Positions 1 to 13,459 of a stretch of 64,000 nucleotides of DNA are shown piece by piece. A program made the translations under genes and the position numbers. The stretch spans positions 11,902,771 through 11,966,770 of the forward strand of contig OZ316891.1 of assembly GCA_973895155.1 (NCBI GenBank). Direction: 5' to 3'. Every line of letters starts with the position of its first letter. Position 1 is the first letter of the stretch. Under the pieces are notes generated by a model. The model had not been told where the DNA came from and did no database searches. It saw only the letters and a list, made by a program, of their open reading frames with translations. This stretch comes from Marsupella aquatica (lineage: Eukaryota > Plantae > Marchantiophyta).

Positions 1-158
1 TCTACGCACGATCTATGGAAGCGGTGGACCCACTTTCCCAAGGTTTATTTGCAAATTGTCTTGTTTCCCTTCTACAGTAGATCCTATGATACCATTGACA
101 TTGAGACAGTTTGTCTCAAGTGAAATGGCAGTTCAATAGTGCACTTGCCATGTTCTTA

Positions 159-700
159 GGGGCACTTTACAAGACGTCGGGGCGTTGGCTTCCTTTTCTA
201 CCAAAGCTGAGCCAGCAGCAGTTTCACATGCTAAAAAGAGTATACCGGGGCTAATAGAGAATTTAGAAGACTTTTATTGCCCCCGACGTCTTGTAAAGGG
301 AACTCTGGCCAGTGTAGCTAGAATCATTGACTAGAAGACAAACTTGGGACCCACTCCACCTGAATCTTTGGCTAATGCTGGCTAATCTTTGGCTAATGCT
401 GGTTCCTGTGGGTCCGCATTTATTGAAAACTGCTCATAATAGGAATGGACCAAGCGGCCGGATGAAGGGACCAAGCGGCCGGATGGAGGTGGTCTAAAAT
501 TCTGGACAAAAAAGAGCTCCACGTCGGCAAAAGTTGGGCCCCACTGAAGTCCATGTAGGATCGGCAGAATCAATGAGCAAAACTGCCCCCGACGTTTTCT
601 AAAGTGAACTCCAGCACTATCTCCCCAATGGATGGCCCGGATTGGATCTTGGATGTCAGAAAAGTGAACGAACTGCCCCCGACGTCTTGTAAAGCCACCC
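159..700. mobile_element. PIF/Harbinger (Tourist-like) MITE, family A, copy 1
   Basis: Left end GGGGCACTTTACAAGACGTCGGGGC and right end GCCCCCGACGTCTTGTAAAGCCACCC are inverted. TTA flanks both sides (156-158, 701-703). Internal TIR-like copies at ~279 and ~584. Interior is homologous, inverted, to 7434-7830 and 12253-12560. Confidence 0.7.
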
Positions 701-1295
701 TTAACCCCAGAAACTATGCAAATGAACTGCTGTATATCCAAATTCCTTCCGGGTGAATTTGATTATCAGCTCCGGTACAGGTGTCAGTTGAACAAATTAT
801 CCATTCCAGACATTTGTTACTTGTAAGGTAATTGATCAACGTTCTTCACCAGGTGATCTCATGTGAGTTGCCATGGACGTGTCCACTGACCACGACGAGT
901 GTAAACGTATTAGATTTTATGTTCAAAGTACTTTTTCATGTACGCTGAACTCAAGGTCTATATTTCTCTCACTGTACAGACATTGTTCACCTGAAGGTCG
1001 AATGGGACTTGACCTCTAGAGTCGTTCAATTTTCCAAGGTTGAGAAGGCCTTACGGTAGGCTCACTGCCGCACATGTAAGCCTGCGGTGGAAGGAAGTCT
1101 CCTTTTGAAAGTGAATCGATGGACATATTCTCTATCCTTTTAAGCCTCTCTGGAATTGATTGAGGGCTTCTCAACCATAGTTTGTCCATCCGTTCACATT
1201 CTTCCAAACTTCGCGTCATATGACCACAGTCATGCAAAGACCCATCCCTTTACAGTCTATCAAGACAAGTGACCCAGGCCAACTACAGTATCCTG

Positions 1296-1419
1296 TTAGT
1301 ATAAACACTCGATTATTGCTTCCAGGTGTACATTGAGCTGCAAACAGTGCAAGCATTTTAGTATAAACACTCGATTATTGCTTCCAGGTGTACATTGAGC
1401 TGCAAACAGTGCAAGCATT
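1296..1419. repeat. Tandem duplication, 62-bp unit x2
   Basis: TTAGTATAAACACTCGATTATTGCTTCCAGGTGTACATTGAGCTGCAAACAGTGCAAGCATT begins at 1296 and again at 1358. Confidence 0.9.
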
Positions 1420-4400
1420 TGTGTTCTTAGATCCGTGGAATCAGAAAAGTGGGCAGCAGGTTGAATGTGCTCTCTAGCTCCCCGAGTTCATCATCTCACC
1501 AGACCACTTGACCGGTGATGAGCCCTGCCCAAGATGAGATTTCACTGTACTGTAACAGAAACGCGCAGACCACGCTCACGAGAATGATGGCAGGGAGAGC
1601 ACCATCGCCGCCTTAGATGTCGGGCTCCACAGGAAACCCTCTTTATTAGAGGAAGGTGTTCAAGCCGACAGACAACACAACACAAATGTTGCAACCCAGC
1701 TAAGCACCAATGAAGGTTGTGCACTGGCCAACCTGCCTAGAGGCGCAAACTGCTGTAATTATAGCAAGTATCATTACTGGCCTTGGCTACGAAATCTGTC
1801 GTTTGTTCGCCCTTGAAATCCGAGCAACAAAGTCTACAGGAATATGCTCCCAATCTCACCAACATACCTACAGTAGTGGAGCAAAATGAAGCCAAGCAAA
1901 TATTTAAATGTGCTCCAATGATCCTATTCCTGAGCCTGTGGGCTCTAGAGGATCAATATTTGGGTCCTTTATATGTTACCCTCCTCAAAAGCAACCCCAA
2001 ACCCTTTGCCATGGTAGTGAGAGCAGTCTTACATGTAATAGGTCCTCCAAATGGGCTCTTAAGTTAACTGATGGCAATGTATGAATGAAACCAGACTTTA
2101 GTGCCTCGACCCCCTCCTGAGGAAGTATTTGCTTGATCAACCCCCAAAATGAAACTTGTTCCTTGATCAACCCCTGAGGTCTATCAACGGTCCAGATCTG
2201 AGATTGAAAGGTCCATCAATGGTCCAGATTGGAGAAAAGTATGGAGGGGGTTGATTAAGCACACTTTTTTCCAGAAGCAGGTCTACTAAGCATATCTCTC
2301 CCTCCTGAGGCAGGCCTGAAGGCAACATTTCAGGAGATCCAAGGGCAAGGGGGGGAATTTTCTGGCCCTTCATGTCCTAAAGAAAGCATTTAACACTCAT
2401 CGTTGAACTGCCACAGTTCTTGTATGCTGCCCTGTGAAATCAGGGTGGGGAAACAACAAGAAAGGACATGTGAGTGCCTGGGCTGGTCACATATAACAAA
2501 CTTGCAGATTATATGGACAAATCCAGATCCACTGTTTACCATCAATGTAGGCCTGTTAAGGGCCGGAAACTCATGGGCTCTTCACATGCAAGATGGCTCT
2601 GGGGGTGTGAGGCTTGGGCTGCTTAAACCACAAGTGCACAAGTTCAGGAATGGACTTGAGTTCTACAAAAGGTGCTGAGTGCTCCACCTTTTATTGGCAA
2701 GTGCTCCACCTTTATTGGCAAGTGCTCCACCTTTTATGGTGAGACCCTATTCACCACATGAGAAAAATGAGGAGTAGTGAGGGAGGGAATGAGGCTTTTG
2801 TACGGGCAGATGTGGTTTAAGGTGTTGTGTAAGCCTACAGGTAGGAGGTGAGTGAGGAACCTCCACACTACTCGGGATAGATAGAAGAGGCAACCTTGAG
2901 TTGAGCTGCATTGGCGTGAGTTTCATCAAGTGATCACAAAACTCAGTCGCATATCCCCGGGTAGGCCGGTTGGAAACAGTACACCCGCATTCGAGAATAT
3001 ATGAAAGAAAGTATGGTACCAAGATACTCCAGAATAGGCCAATGGAAGACATAATTATCACAAAGGAGATTGGGGAGGAGGTTCCTTGCAGCAGTACAGG
3101 GGCAAAAGCGGGGAGGGTCATGAAGGTGAAAGCTTAGTGCAGTCTTTGTGATTGGCCTGGTTATGTTCAAATGCATGTTTTTCAAGATCCCATGGAAGCT
3201 CAAACATACTACAATTGTCCCTCTCTAAGTCCACATTGCATAAGTGAAAATCTGTCTAACTGCAATGCATCTCTTTCTCTCCTTTTCTTTGCACCTAGTT
3301 TGCAATTTTTTTCCCACCTTAATCACATATTGCACATGGGATGTTGCTTTCCCAGGAGTGCGCACTTAGAAAATGGTTCTATTAGGGCATCTCAAAACTT
3401 CAAAGTTGCAGATGATTGCTCTTGGCCGGAAACAAACTTTTGCATACTGTTATGTAAAGGTTTTTTGTGTTTGTTTCCACTAGCCTTTACATTGATCAGT
3501 TGTTACAGCAAAAATTGATGAATTATAAATTCAGTAGTCCATAACTTTTGCTCTCCCTTAACCTTAATTAACTACTGAGTTCAAGTCCATCACATTTGCA
3601 TTTTTTAGACTCCCTTGAGAACGTATTACATTCGCAAGAAGAAAGCTGTGGAGGTGATGTGCATTGCTTCTCAAATATTAACTATGAGCGTTATGTTGGA
3701 GCAAAAGGTTTGGGATGGGATTGGATGACCCATCCAACTCAAAGTAATTATGGCCTTCATACTCTTGAGCCTTCCCCAACCTAAATAAACTGCGTTGGTA
3801 CATTACGATGTACTGTACCTGAGAAGTATGAAAGACCATCGACCACAGTCGTATGTATCGGGGATAGCAACCGCCAAGACAGACTTCGTACCACGTCCTT
3901 ACAATTGGCACGTGCTTTCTCCTCATGGCCAGGCCTCAACGAGTAAATGTCCCGGTCATTGAACCGGACGGGACACTGCAGAAAGATGTCACACACAGAG
4001 AAAGACCTGTACACTTATGGTAGTACACGACAGGAATGTACATTGCCTTGACACATTGACAGTAATCATGTACGGTAATCGACAGTACTGTAATATGGTT
4101 GTCTTCCCGAGACCCAAGTCGACATCACAAGAACATCAGTCTCATGTGACCGTAGCCAACATCTGACGGCATGGAAAGATCCGCCTTACAATGTAACAAG
4201 AACTATTCCAGTGTAGGTTCCAGGCTCAGTTTCTTTGATCTGGCCAGTGTGACCAATTTCAGCTGCTTCTGTGAAAGAGTAGGTCCTAGGAACACTTTCT
4301 GTCTAGTTTTCCAAGGTTAATTTCCTGCTGCCATATTTTCCCCTAGATTCGAGGGTGATTGTTAGGTTGGCTAAATAGGGTCTATGGCTAGGTGGGAAGC

Positions 4401-5254
4401 CCAGATGGACCTCCAAGTATGACAAAATGCCCCAAGTGGTTGTGACAACCTCAATGTACCTTGATGAAACATTTATCTTAACTCACATTAGACATTTATT
4501 AGGTGAATTGTTAATTCTTCTGATAACTGTATTAATCCACAAACAATATGTGATTGAATGCCATAACAAAAAACTCTTGCACTAAAGATAGGGTATGAAG
4601 TGCTTTCATTCAGACAGGGGAGAGTACAAGTGGACGTTTAAGTGACATCAGTTTTTTCCCCTGAAAAGGTGGAAGGGGAGAAGTAAAATGACGGGTGAAA
4701 ACCCAGTGGAGGATGTGCATAGAGCAGCATAGAAACCAACAGTTGTCATTTAATTAGAACATAGGAGACCAATGAAAGAGGTAAATGACAAAATAAATGC
4801 AAGTGACCAAAACATCATGCAAATTTTCTTGTAGTGCTTCCAATTTTACAACCCAAATGCACTTTGAGACAAACTAAGTGTTCTAACTTTCAGTTGAATG
4901 CAACATATTCACTCCTCCTTTGTTTGCTACAAGCGACTTGGTGCCTCATCATCAGGGCCAACTTGAAGTTTAGGGTTTAGTCTCTTTAATGAATCTGTTT
5001 TCTCTAGTTGTCTACTTTTCTCTCCTTCATGTGTTGTTACAGAGACTGGATGCTTGAGGAAAATTAGAGTAGCTTTCTATGGCCTTTGACTACATGCCGG
5101 TTGTGTTTGTTGTGATATTTTAACCTCAAGGGTCTCCTCTTGCTCTGCAGCTCACAGAGGGCTTGATTCTAGCACTGGCTTAGCCCGAAGAGTTTTTTAA
5201 ATTACAACACTCACTTTGCAGTGTGTGTATTGTTTTGTTGGGAGGATGGGGTCC

Positions 5255-5620
5255 ATGATCTACTTGATACTCGACAAAATCTACAAATGTCACACTCATT
5301 GTAATGCTTGAGAAATTGATAAAATCATGAACACTTCGTACTTGAAAGAATTTGTCATTGTCAAGTTCATTGGAAAGCTAGAGAATTTGATAAAATTTTG
5401 ATCTCTTTAGTACCTGGAAAAATCTGCCAATGTTAGACTCATTGGAAACTCAATTGGAAAGCTATACAAATGATGAGGCTCATGATCTTTCTTGTACTTG
5501 ACAAAATATGCCAACGTTAGGTTCATTGGAAAGCTAGAGAATTTCAAAAGTTCATGATCTCCTTAGTACTTGACCAAGAATGTTAGTATTAGATTCACTA
5601 AAAAGCTATTTCTAGAATGT
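5255..5620. repeat. Degenerate ~71-bp minisatellite
   Basis: TCATTGGAAAGCTAGAGAA...CATGATCT...TACTTGA motifs recur at ~5297, 5368, 5439, 5523 and 5594, with looser copies to ~5930. Confidence 0.65.
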
Positions 5621-7433
5621 TTTTAAGTGCTAGAGCATAGAACATCTAAATTTGAGTGAGTACTCGGAATAGCTTTTTTGAGGACATACCAGCTAAAATT
5701 CCCCCGATAGGACAGAGCAACTCAAAATTCCATGATCTTTTTCCTATTTGATAAATTCTAGCCATATTAGGGTCATTAAAAATCTAGATAAAACCCTTTG
5801 CTAAGAATTCTATGCATGAAGGTTTAGCTATCCTTCATGCAATATCTAGACCTTCAAAGAATGGCAAACAATTCAGAAAATCATTATCTCTTTTGCACTT
5901 AGTTATGATATTTGACAATGTTAGGCTCATTGTACATCTCTTTCAAAAATGGTTGTAAGCATTCTAAGCACACTAGAAGTTTCATCCATAGATGAGTCAT
6001 TGGAAATGGGTTGAGAGTCATCAAACGTAAATTTTCAAGCTAACTACTGTAAAATATTGAAAGGATTTGTTTTTCCAACACCGGGAGAAAGGGGCCCCAA
6101 CACCAGAACCAACCTCCCCCCCCCCCCCCCGGGACAAACACCACCGGGGCGGAGCAAGCTGCGGCCTACGGGAAAAATGGCCAAAATCCAACAAAGACCC
6201 AGCTACCAACAACAGACCATGGCTCAGAGGGAGACTCCCCCAAGGAGTCCCGCTCAGCAACCGTGAGGAACCTTGTAGCTGCTCATGTACAGACTAAACT
6301 GTTGAATTCTATGCTGTTGACTCTCGGGGGTTGCACTTCCACAAAAATGGCATATCACGTGTGATGAAGGATAGGGTCATTTTATTGGTTCTAAGGGAAG
6401 ACTTAAGAATTTTTGCAGAAAAACAATAGGGTCTTTTAAATTCAATTTGGAGACTTGCAAGAACATTAGGGTCTTTTTAATCCAAATTTTGGAATATTCC
6501 AAGAATATTCCAACTTTTTAGGGGTTGAAAAAAATATTTTTTTCTTAGATTTTAGGGGGTCCGAGGCCTAAAAACGTCGCAGGCGATGGGGAGGTCCCCA
6601 TATAGTGAGACCCCTGAGTGCTGACTCAGAGAAAACTTAGGGATAGTAAGGCTTAATGTCACACAAAACTACCAGTCTCTCAGGAGATGTGTGCCAAATT
6701 ACTCTCCTTGCTCTGAAAGGAATGTACTGAAAGAAACTGGTAATGGCATACTTGGAGAGGGATCTTCAGTTGAGTTCATACTTAGATGATGATTTTAAGA
6801 CGAGCAGACTGAAGATAAATATCAAAGCGCACATGGAAAGAATCCAAGATTGAAATTGTCCCAAACAATTAGCTTCAATGATTATGAAGGTAGGAGAGAT
6901 TGAAAACGAGGGGGAAGCAAGCTGAACATGAATTTGGAGATCCAAATGATGTCATACTCCATGTTGCTCCATGAGCCCACATACTCTGTTCACATGATCA
7001 TGGTAAATGTAGGTGCTCACATAGGACTGACACAACAAGGCACACATGCAACTTTGATACAATACTTAAGATATTTCCAAAGATCCGTTTCTCTGATTGA
7101 ATCTAAGAATCATTAGAGGGAGACGGGAAGATAGTGTCCACAAACTAATTCTTCTTGGTATTCAACTTTTGCATCCACCCACCACAAAAGTAATCTTTAG
7201 TCAAGTTGGACCCATCCCCTGTATAGGATTACTTAACTAATATAGTTTCCAAAAGAGCAAAAAGCACCAAACTTGAAATACTCAATCTTATTTCAAAAGC
7301 AAGAAACCCAACAAAAGGGGAGGAAACAAAGGAAATGAATAAAGGGGAGAAAACCGGGGACAAAACAAAGGGAATACGTGCAACACCAGACAGCCAGAAA
7401 TCCACAAGTTAGTCCTCACCTACTAAGAACTAA

Positions 7434-8986
7434 GGGTGGCTTTACAGGTCGTTGAGATTCCCCCAAATTTTATTTTTTGTTCCCCAAAATTTTATTTGGG
7501 CCATCACTTGGAGAGATGCATCTATTGGGGAGGTACAGGGCATCTCACTTTAAAAACATATGGGGACAGTTTCTTTCTATGGTGTTGCCCATCCTACATG
7601 GAATGGAGTGGGTCCAAAATGGAGCACCTTTTTGTCCTAAATATTAGATTACCTCTCTTGGAGGCCTCTTCATCTGGTCTCTTGTCCATTCCTGTTTTGA
7701 ATCATTTGCATTAAAAGCGTACCCACAAGTTTTTATGGGATCTCCTTTTGCGGCTAGAAGGGTTCTAGCCAAAGAACTGCATGACTTTGAGGTGGTGGAG
7801 TGGGTCCCTAACTTGTCTTGTAGCACATTACTGGTACAATTTGCTGGAGTTAGCTTTAAAAGGTGTTACTGGTGTCTCCACCGCCAATTGTGTTTGTATA
7901 GGGCTACCTCACCCTCTTCTTGTTAGTGTACCCACTTCATGCACATGTGGGAACCCTTGTGATGCCAAACAGGTCCATCTTCTTTGATGCCATTTGGGAG
8001 GCAAAACCATAGTTGTTCATGATGTTGTGAGAAATGTTACTGCTCAAGTTCTCGCAGGGTCTTTGGTACACATGCGACTAGGGGTGAGGCTCGAGCTACC
8101 TTGTCCTCCACCACAGCGGGTATGGTTGATTTGACCATGGGTCCCTGATGGTTGGCGTGCTTTGGCAGATGTTGTGGTAGCAAACCCTTTGCGTCAGGAC
8201 CTCATTTGAGATAGCGGCGACAACGGCAGGGGTAGCAACATCCCAGGCAGCAATGACAATGGATGCAAAATATGCCGCTCGAGCTTCATCTGAAGCCTTC
8301 CTCCCCCGCACTATTGAGATCTTTGGGTGTCTTCATCACCAGTTTGATGGGCTATTTCGACAAACTTCTTGTGATATTCACGAACGGATGGGTTCCTCCA
8401 GACCCCCACTATCCATCTCGACCATGCACTTTTGTCAGCGCATTTAAGTGGCCTTACAGCTTGCCCAAGCTTGAGCCATTTATCGTCGATTGCTCACAAT
8501 GGGCACCAATGTGCCTCCGCAAACACTAGCTCCCCTAGAATACATTCTTGTCCCACTTGCTGATTTAGTTAGGACATTAGATGTGGCCCATTAGCTCTTG
8601 TCACATTTTCCAATGTAGACACTAATCTTTGAGTTTGCACTCATGTAGTGTTTGATATTTGTCTCTTTATCTTCTTCCTTTTTTAGGTGTGCACTTGCTT
8701 CTCTTTTTTTGGTTACGTGTTTGTCCCCTATGGACCTCTTTTTCTTTCCTTTCATTGTACTTCATTTTTCCCAAATTTATAAATTTTGCTAGAAGTTTCA
8801 CGTCATACAAGGATTCCAAAAACTCTTTTAGTCCGTACACTATCTTTATATCTAAAATTTTATTGGAACTTTCACCAAAACTTATAAAAACAGAAAAAAG
8901 AAAGTACAATGAAGGGAAAGAATGGCTCTCCAGTTTACTTTAATGAAAAAGGTCACAAGTGCCCCCACCTCTTGTAAAGCCACCCC
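7434..8986. mobile_element. PIF/Harbinger MITE family A, copy 2, interrupted by a non-LTR fragment
   Basis: TAA|GGGTGGCTTTACAGG ... CTTGTAAAGCCACCCC|TAA. Colinear with copy 3 except for an extra ~0.9 kb at ~7830-8760. Confidence 0.65.
7860..8580 (+). mobile_element. Degenerate CRE-like (restriction-like endonuclease) non-LTR retrotransposon, 3' part
   Basis: Broken frames read IGLPHPLLVSVPTSCTCGNPCDAKQVHLL*CHLGG..VHDVVR (CCHC knuckle), then ADVVVANP and DAKYAARASSEAFLPRTIEIFGCLHHQFD (RLE motif K..Y....F.P...E.FG.LH). Stops and frameshifts present. Confidence 0.65.
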
Positions 8987-10529
8987 TAAAGCCCTACTAA
9001 AGGAAAAGCCCTACTGACCCGCCTAGTGAGCCATACAACAAAATTCAATTCGATTCAATTCATTAATTTAGTTAAGTTCTGCTGTTTCGATTGGGTTTTC
9101 CCACGATGCAAACAAGCATGCAAGCAAGGGATTCCTAGCTGAGTACATTTTGGGGTCCGGACCTTTCATGTTTTCAAAGGAACTGTTTTTTGGCAAACGA
9201 AAGCCCTAAAAAGTTAAATTACTACTTCAAATGGGATTCTATTTCAATTTTTGTGATAAGACAGGATTGTTTGGATAGGATGTACTGTAGATAAGTATTT
9301 ATTTGAACAAGGATGGTTTAGTGTGAAAGTTCTTTCCTTTCATACAAAGAGTACTTAAGGATCTCATTTGTCCAAGAGGTGTGCTCACTAGGATTTTGTT
9401 CTTGAGAGTTGACAAGACTTGTTGGCTCTAAGGTCTTCCTATGTTCGTCCTGCCTTTGGGATCCCCTCTCCCAGTAATTTTTCTTTGTACTCGGAGTGTG
9501 AGATATGTTTTTGAGTCCATACATTTGGACAGAGATCCCTTATGGCTCTTTATATTTTTGCTCTGACGGAAGTCTGGCAAGGGACGTGAAAGTGGTCTCA
9601 CGAGACCAATCATTGAGACCACGTTTAGAGTAGTCAGTTTTCTCATTTCACTTGCACTCTACATCGAAATTCTCGCCCAGTGAATTGCAATATGGGTCCA
9701 CGCTCATATCTACGACCATAAAACAAGTTGTCATTTCTGCAATGAGCCAATGACAATTGAATTGACAAAATAACCACTCAACAATTAAGCCTCACTACAA
9801 TGAGACAAAATCAGCGTTGCCTTTAATATGATTTTTTAAGTTGTCTTTTGCGAAAAGGCATTACAGCCATCAGCTTCTTTTCGTTTTTAATATTATTAGT
9901 ACTTCGGTCCTTCTCGTCTCGTTGCCGTTGGTTATTCTTGGCCCCCACACGCTGAACTGCTTTTTGGGGATGGTAATTGTTTACCTCACCTTATGGGCTT
10001 ATGGCCAATCCATCTTACCTGCTATTTTGGAGTGCTATTTTTCAGAGGTAATTATTTATTAGTCTGTTACCAATAATTGTTCCTGTTTTAGCAGCCGGAA
10101 AGAAAGGATCTACTGAGACTGTAGTTTTCGTTAGCAGGGCCTATTCTTTGTTTTTCCTAGATTTATAAATATATACAATGCAAATAGACGGAACCCCCTT
10201 GAATTTTTTCGTTGATTTTGTAGGTATAAATTTTTTTGTTTGGAGGAATTCATTGGTTAAGTGTTTACCAGTATGCATATTTAGTATCCTCACATTACAG
10301 TCCCAATTTCAAGTCACATTTAGAAAGTACTCTACGAGCTGCAGACCCTTGTTGAGCCCTTGAACCACTGTGCTAAGGACTTAACATGACTCAGAATTTA
10401 CGAGAATTTAACTTGATCAGAATTCTTTTGGCCTTGATGGTGTGCTCTGGTCAAAGCAAATTAAGGTTAGTTATTCCAATATGCACCATCCTAGAGTGAA
10501 CCACCTCTAGGTGCAGACTCTGCAGACTC

Positions 10530-10828
10530 GAGGTATTCTATGTTGCGAGCAAACAGGAGATTTTGATAGCGAGCAGATTTTGATAGCGAGACAATAATGG
10601 TTCCAAATTTCAGTTGCTTTTTGGTGCCCTTTACATTTTTTGTGTTTTTTTAAGGATTCCAGATTGCTAGCGAGCTCGCTAGCAAAAAGGGAGTCCCCAA
10701 AAGGGATGTTACCAACCAGGTAGTTGATAGCGAGTCACTTGCATGTAGAAAAATAGGGGTCATGCAGGAATTTTTTTTTCTCGTGCGAGTAAAATTTTTA
10801 CTGTTTGCTCGCACGTTACAATTACCCC
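10530..10828. mobile_element. Mutator-like MITE, family B, copy 1
   Basis: Imperfect TIRs GAGGTATTCTATGTTGCGAGCAAACAG and CTGTTTGCTCGCACGTTACAATTACCCC. 9-bp TSD TGCAGACTC at 10521-10529 and 10829-10837. Homologous to 37046-37859 and 43639-43938. Confidence 0.8.
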
Positions 10829-11093
10829 TGCAGACTCCGAGAAGTACAATAGTTATTGCAATGTGCACCATCTGAACTGTGTCTAAGACACCACCAACAT
10901 TTCTCCACAGAATGCACTATGCTATAACAAGTGCTATAAGTGAATGAGATATCATTTATGCACTTCTCCATATGTGCATTGTTTGCACTATCAAATCAGT
11001 GAAAGTGAATCACTTTGCACTTCCCCCTTGTGTTTTTGGGTCACGCACATTGGACTCCTCGTACCTTGAGCCATCATAATGACATTTCAACTG

Positions 11094-11235
11094 GATAAGT
11101 GTATGAAATTACTTTCATAGTTCTTTGCTGCACTTATTAATACATGCTTTTTATGCATTTGTCAGATAAGTGCATGAAATCACTTTCATAGTTCTTTGCT
11201 GCACTTATCAATACATGCTTTTTATGCATTAGTCA
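11094..11235. repeat. Tandem duplication, ~71 bp x2
   Basis: GATAAGTG(T/C)ATGAAAT(T/C)ACTTTCATAGTTCTTTGCTGCACTTAT... occurs twice in tandem. Confidence 0.85.
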
Positions 11236-12252
11236 GTTAGTGCAATGCATGTATAAACAAGCATTGTACTTTATGATATTTGCACTTATAGATGGAAATG
11301 GACTTGTGTATTTGTTGTTTAGTGCAACACATTGTAAATTGCACTAATGTAAACTGCATTTCTGGGTGCACAGAGTACAAAGAAAATCGGTAGTATTAGG
11401 GGACAACATGGTTGGCCTGCACAAGTCCACAGACTGCACTTAGTTACTTAGTTTGCACTTTTGTGCGGTTCACGGCATGTACTGTTATTCTACAATTATA
11501 ATAATCCTTAATTGATTGTGCCATTCCTCCTCGCTTGTCATTCCCATCCCCGCTCGGCCCCTCAAAATAAATAAATGATGTAATCTAAGGGACTTTTGTA
11601 TCTATTTTTATCACTCTTCGTAACCATTTCTATTTACTTTTTGACTTTCTTGACATGTCCTGGGACACTTAATAATGTCCAATACTAAGACATCTTTTTT
11701 AATTTATTTTTTTAATTTTTATTAGTTTTTAGTACAACAAAACAGGATGTAGGCCACCTAGATATCCTGCTATATCCAAACTCCCCACTCCATCTTATAT
11801 CATCTGGGGTCCACAATAGCCGAGACAAGAGGGTGCACGCTATAATCCTTGTGGGCCCTACCATGCGGATGGCGCAACTGGCAACCCAGTTTAGCACCCA
11901 AAAACAAAACAAAAAACTCAACCCGTGTCCTTGTGGCCCTACAATGCCGATCGCGCAACTCAATTTAGCACCCCAAAACAAAACCGAAAAACACCGACCA
12001 GGTACTGGAAAAACATGCACTACTGTTAATAGTGGACAAGGGGAAACTAGGGCTCTCATTTGTTTTTGCCTGATTTAGTGTATATCGCATTCCCAACGAA
12101 CAAAACGTGTCCCAAAGAACAAAACCTGTCAAGCTGGAAGATAGGATCCCAAAAGGGCAAAAAAGGACCAATTTACTAAAGTGCCAAACAAAGTACAATG
12201 GACTAAAAGCTCGACTACGGTAGGTTTTTCAAATTGTTTCTCAGTAGGTTAA

Positions 12253-13125
12253 GGGTGCCTTTACAAGACATAGGTGGCATTCCAACTTTTTCCCGGTCAC
12301 TAAATGTGATCAGGGCCATCCATCAGGGAGATACACTTGCACTTCACTTTACAAAACATTTGGGGCAGTATAGTAAATTACCTATCCTACTGGACATGGA
12401 ATGGAGTGTTGCCCAAATTTTGCTCAGTTGAGCCCACATGTTTAGACCACCTCTCATGGAGGTGTCTTCATTTGGCCTCTTTGTCCATTCATATTTTGAG
12501 AGCCCGCATGTTTAGACCACCTCCCGGACCACCTCTCGTGGAGGTGTCTTCATTTGGCCTCTTTGTCCATTCATATTTTGAGTTACAGTGTTTAAATTTA
12601 CATTGTCACTAAAGATGTTTGAATTTACAATATTTGCCACTATTTTTTTTGTATTTACAAAAATGTCACGGGGTTTTCGTATATAATTTTCCTGGTTACT
12701 TTGGTACAAACTTGTCATCCATCTATGAAACAGTGACAGCTTTATAAATACCAAAAAATTGTGAAAGTATCGTCAATTAGAACATCTTTAGTCGCAAAGT
12801 ACTTAAAAACTATTTTGAGTTATTAGTGCATTAAAAGTGTACCCACCATACTTCATGATTGAGGTAGTCTCCTGTTAGAGCTAGAAGGATCCTGGCCAAA
12901 AGAAGTATGTGACTTTGACTTGTCTCTTAGCAATTTAGTAAGGACTAAAGGTAAGGAAAATGGTGTTGGACTTCATTGCAGAATAAGGTTAAGGGAAAAC
13001 AAGACTTAGGGGCCATAAAAGTATTCCAAAACTCTTTACACTATCTTTAGTATTTAAAATGGCATTCCATTTTTGCTTTGGTGAAAAAATTCCACAAGTG
13101 CCCCCACCATATTGTAAAGCCATCC
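12253..13125. mobile_element. PIF/Harbinger MITE family A, copy 3
   Basis: TAA|GGGTGCCTTTACAAGAC ... ATTGTAAAGCCATCC|TTA. Interior homologous to copies 1 and 2. Confidence 0.6.
12586..12812. mobile_element. Small TIR element nested in family A copy 3
   Basis: CAGTGTTTAAA...TGTCACTAAAGATGTT is inverted relative to AACATCTTTAGTCGCA...TTAAAAACTA. TTTTGAGTTA is duplicated at 12576-12585 and 12813-12822. Confidence 0.6.
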
Positions 13126-13459
13126 TTAGTTCTTTTGCCCTTCTTTGGAACTCTTGGGTTTCCTGGCCTTCCCTTCTCCCTTGTTTTCCATACCTTTATT
13201 TGGTTTCTTGCTTTTGGGATCCTGTCTCCTGGTATGTCATGGTGCGTTTTGTGCTTTGGAAGTGTTATCTAAGTAAATAATAAAATAAAAAGAGATATTG
13301 AGAAGGAACAGCACGCTCAAACCCCAGAAATGTAGAATGACAAAAATGATAAAGCAAGAGACCCAACAAGGAAATAAAGGAAATCTGCACAATGACAATA
13401 AACAATCTTAGTCCTTAAGTAATGTCCTTAGAGATTTTTCACTTTGAGGTTCTTGTTAT

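Noticed and set aside
1780-2400. Possible further non-LTR relic on the minus strand (RLLSL..GKG)
   Set aside because: Similarity too weak to support without a search.
5255-5950. Possible LRR-coding repeats (LSNELDN on the minus strand)
   Set aside because: Period is ~71 bp, not a multiple of 3, and the frames are full of stops; treated as a minisatellite.
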